Shown here: positions 24,881 through 26,069 of the stretch, in pieces
Layout: every line of letters starts with the position of its first letter
How positions within the stretch are numbered: position 1 is the stretch's first letter
DNA from: a virus
Lineage: Duplodnaviria; Caudoviricetes
Virus record (IMG/VR): IMGVR_UViG_3300033123_000549
Coordinates: 1 to 26,069 of that record
Strand: one strand, 5' to 3'
DNA length: 26,069 nucleotides
Program-made: the position numbers and the translations under genes
Notes under the pieces: model-generated
The model's database searches: none
What the model saw: the letters and a program-made list of their open reading frames with translations, nothing else
What the model was told of the DNA's origin: nothing

Positions 24881-25219
24881 TTACGCGTTTTCAATGTTAG
24901 CGAAGGATTCGATCAAATCGCGAATCGATTTCATTTCGGCCGGCGTTGCTTCGGCGTCTTCGGATTCCAGGACGATTTTTTCAATAGTTAGGCGGTAATC
25001 GTAACCGACGCCACCGATCGAAAAGTCCTGGAAGGCCTGGCCTTCGAAAAAGATTTTTAGATCGTCGCCGTCGTAATAAAGGCCGGCGAAGTCGGCCGCA
25101 GCCGTGAAGTTGTGAAGTGCGCGGTTCTTTGTAAAAACGACGCCGTTCCAGGTTTGGTTTGCGCTTTGACCGTTCATTTTTTCAAGGCGAACGTCAAAGC
25201 CGGTGATTTGTGTTTTCAT
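24881..25219 (-). CDS. Hypothetical early protein
   Basis: 112 aa with an MKTQI start. Confidence 0.7.
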   Translation of the reverse strand: MKTQITGFDVRLEKMNGQSANQTWNGVVFTKNRALHNFTAAADFAGLYYDGDDLKIFFEGQAFQDFSIGGVGYDYRLTIEKIVLESEDAEATPAEMKSIRDLIESFANIENA

Positions 25220-25236
25220 AAAAAAAAATTGAATGT

Positions 25237-25440
25237 TTATTTTGAAATGTTTTCTTCGCGAACAAATTCGACGTAATTACGGCCGAAAGTTACCTGGTAG
25301 GAAAGGTGATAAGTAACGTTCAAACGGTTATCGATTTGAACGCAGTGAATTTCGCCTGGCTTACCTAAATAGGAAATTTTTTCGCCGGCTTTGAATTTCG
25401 AATTTTGTAATTTTTCGGCTTTTGCTTGTTGGTAGTTCAT
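25237..25440 (-). CDS. Hypothetical early protein (SH3/KOW-like pattern), 67 aa
   Basis: ATG 25440 (MNYQQAKAEKLQNSKFKAGEKISYLGKPGEIHCV...). First gene after the early promoter. Confidence 0.65.
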   Translation of the reverse strand: MNYQQAKAEKLQNSKFKAGEKISYLGKPGEIHCVQIDNRLNVTYHLSYQVTFGRNYVEFVREENISK

Positions 25441-25463
25441 TTTGATTTGTGTTTTGTACCTCA

Positions 25464-25493
25464 CAAAGGTAAAAAACTTTTTTTATTCTGCAA
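25464..25493 (-). promoter_or_regulatory. Early promoter (Bacteroidota sigmaA consensus)
   Basis: TTG-N19-TACCTTTG. Confidence 0.8.
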
Positions 25494-25521
25494 GCAAAAA
25501 AGTAAAAAAAATTTTTGATAC

Positions 25522-25549
25522 AAAAAAAAGCGCCAGGAATCCCGGCGCT
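25522..25549 (-). terminator. Intrinsic terminator
   Basis: AGCGCCGGG-ATT-CCTGGCGCT followed by a T run. Confidence 0.85.
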
Positions 25550-25586
25550 CGTTTCAAAAACAACCAAATTTTTGAAAACACAAATC
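25522..25586 (-). ncRNA. Candidate ~65-nt small antisense RNA
   Basis: Lies between TATATTTG (25591..25598) and the terminator. Its 5' GAUUUGUGUUUUCA is complementary to the repeated early-gene start motif. Internal 9-bp hairpin UUUCAAAAA/UUUUUGAAA. Confidence 0.6.
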
Positions 25587-25590
25587 GAAA

Positions 25591-25620
25591 CAAATATACT
25601 TCGAAAAATTTACTTTTCGA
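25591..25620 (-). promoter_or_regulatory. Promoter candidate for the small RNA
   Basis: TCG-N19-TATATTTG: perfect -7 element, one mismatch at -33. No ORF lies between it and the terminator. Confidence 0.6.
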
Positions 25621-25849
25621 TTTTTTCTTCGTCTACGGTCGTTTGTGCCACAGCCGAAGCCACCAGGCCAGCCGTCGCAATATAGCCGACGATTCCGGCC
25701 GGAATAGCCACCGGCGCCGCAGCCAAAACGCCAGCGATCGCGGTTAAAATCATTCCAGCGTTTCGAATTTTTTTGAAGAACGACGGCGTCGGCGCGTTCA
25801 AACGTTCTTCGAGCGAAAGTGAATTCGCGGTTTTCTTTTCTTTTTTCAT
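25610..25849 (-). CDS. Small membrane protein, holin-like
   Basis: 79 aa: APTPSFFKKIRN followed by two hydrophobic helices. Confidence 0.7.
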   Translation of the reverse strand: MKKEKKTANSLSLEERLNAPTPSFFKKIRNAGMILTAIAGVLAAAPVAIPAGIVGYIATAGLVASAVAQTTVDEEKIEK

Positions 25850-25866
25850 ATTTCAAAAAGTTAGTT

Positions 25867-26019
25867 TCATTCGATAAATATTTCGACGTAGGACTGGCCT
25901 TCGTTTTCAGATTCCCAAAGGCGCGAACCAGGAACGAAAACGTTCGTCGCCTGTTCGAAAGTTAGATCGTAAAGCGTGGCGCCTTCCGGATCCGTTACGG
26001 CGTAGCGTTTTTTTATCAT
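25867..26019 (-). CDS. Small hypothetical protein, 50 aa (follows the fibre gene)
   Basis: Own translation: MIKKRYAVTDPEGATLYDLTFEQATNVFVPGSRLWESENEGQSYVEIFIE. ATGA overlap with the fibre stop. Confidence 0.6.
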   Translation of the reverse strand: MIKKRYAVTDPEGATLYDLTFEQATNVFVPGSRLWESENEGQSYVEIFIE

Positions 26020-26069
26020 TGTTTCAAAATTTCAATAAATACGAATTCCAGAATCGCCGTATCGGTTCC
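26016..26069 (-). CDS. C-terminal 17 aa of the tail fibre (joins 1..1416 across the junction)
   Basis: Reads GTDTAILEFVFIEILKQ-stop from the first base of the minus strand, in frame with ...FNILKAT at position 1. Confidence 0.75.
   Translation of the reverse strand, partial: GTDTAILEFVFIEILKQ

Noticed and set aside
117-25856. Numerous plus-strand and alternate-frame ORFs in the supplied track (e.g. 4017..4565, 9673..10254, 10409..11011, 12602..13195)
   Set aside because: They overlap well-supported minus-strand genes and are rich in Arg/Phe/Ser. They are best explained as shadows of the CG-rich, stop-poor composition.
1-26069. Stop-codon reassignment (TAG), as in some Bacteroidota phages
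   Set aside because: No called gene ends in TAG, but all core genes are full length under code 11 with no in-frame TAG interruptions. The tRNA-like RNA has no canonical CUA anticodon arm.

Overview
The window appears to be a complete, circularly permuted 26,069-bp tailed phage genome (siphovirus-like). The host is probably a Bacteroidota member, judged from TTG-N19-TAnnTTTG promoters and A-rich gene starts lacking Shine-Dalgarno sites. The two ends join in frame inside a tail-fibre gene. Nearly all genes are on the minus strand. The early block (~25.4-18.2 kb) holds small hypotheticals, a Cro-like HTH, ERF recombinase, a replication initiator with internal iterons, a helicase-loader-like protein, a PD-(D/E)XK nuclease, a DNA methyltransferase, a tRNA-like RNA and SSB. 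It is followed by an M15 endolysin, terminase, tail module, tape measure, ClpP-type protease, capsid, tail tube, portal, holins and fibre. I recognised no integrase or CI-like repressor. The most striking signal is the motif (ATG)AAAACACAAATC, which encodes MKTQI and occurs about 12 times at or near early-gene start codons. One opposite-orientation copy forms the 5' end of a predicted ~65-nt small RNA with its own promoter and terminator, suggesting a multi-target antisense regulon. Other features the ORF track misses include a pseudoknot/terminator leader before the replication initiator, a tRNA-like RNA without a canonical anticodon arm, a 47-aa peptide resembling the ribonucleotide reductase C-terminal tail, a divergent ribbon-helix-helix gene, and a -1 frameshift in the tail chaperone. 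All functional calls come from motif recognition by eye; no searches were run.
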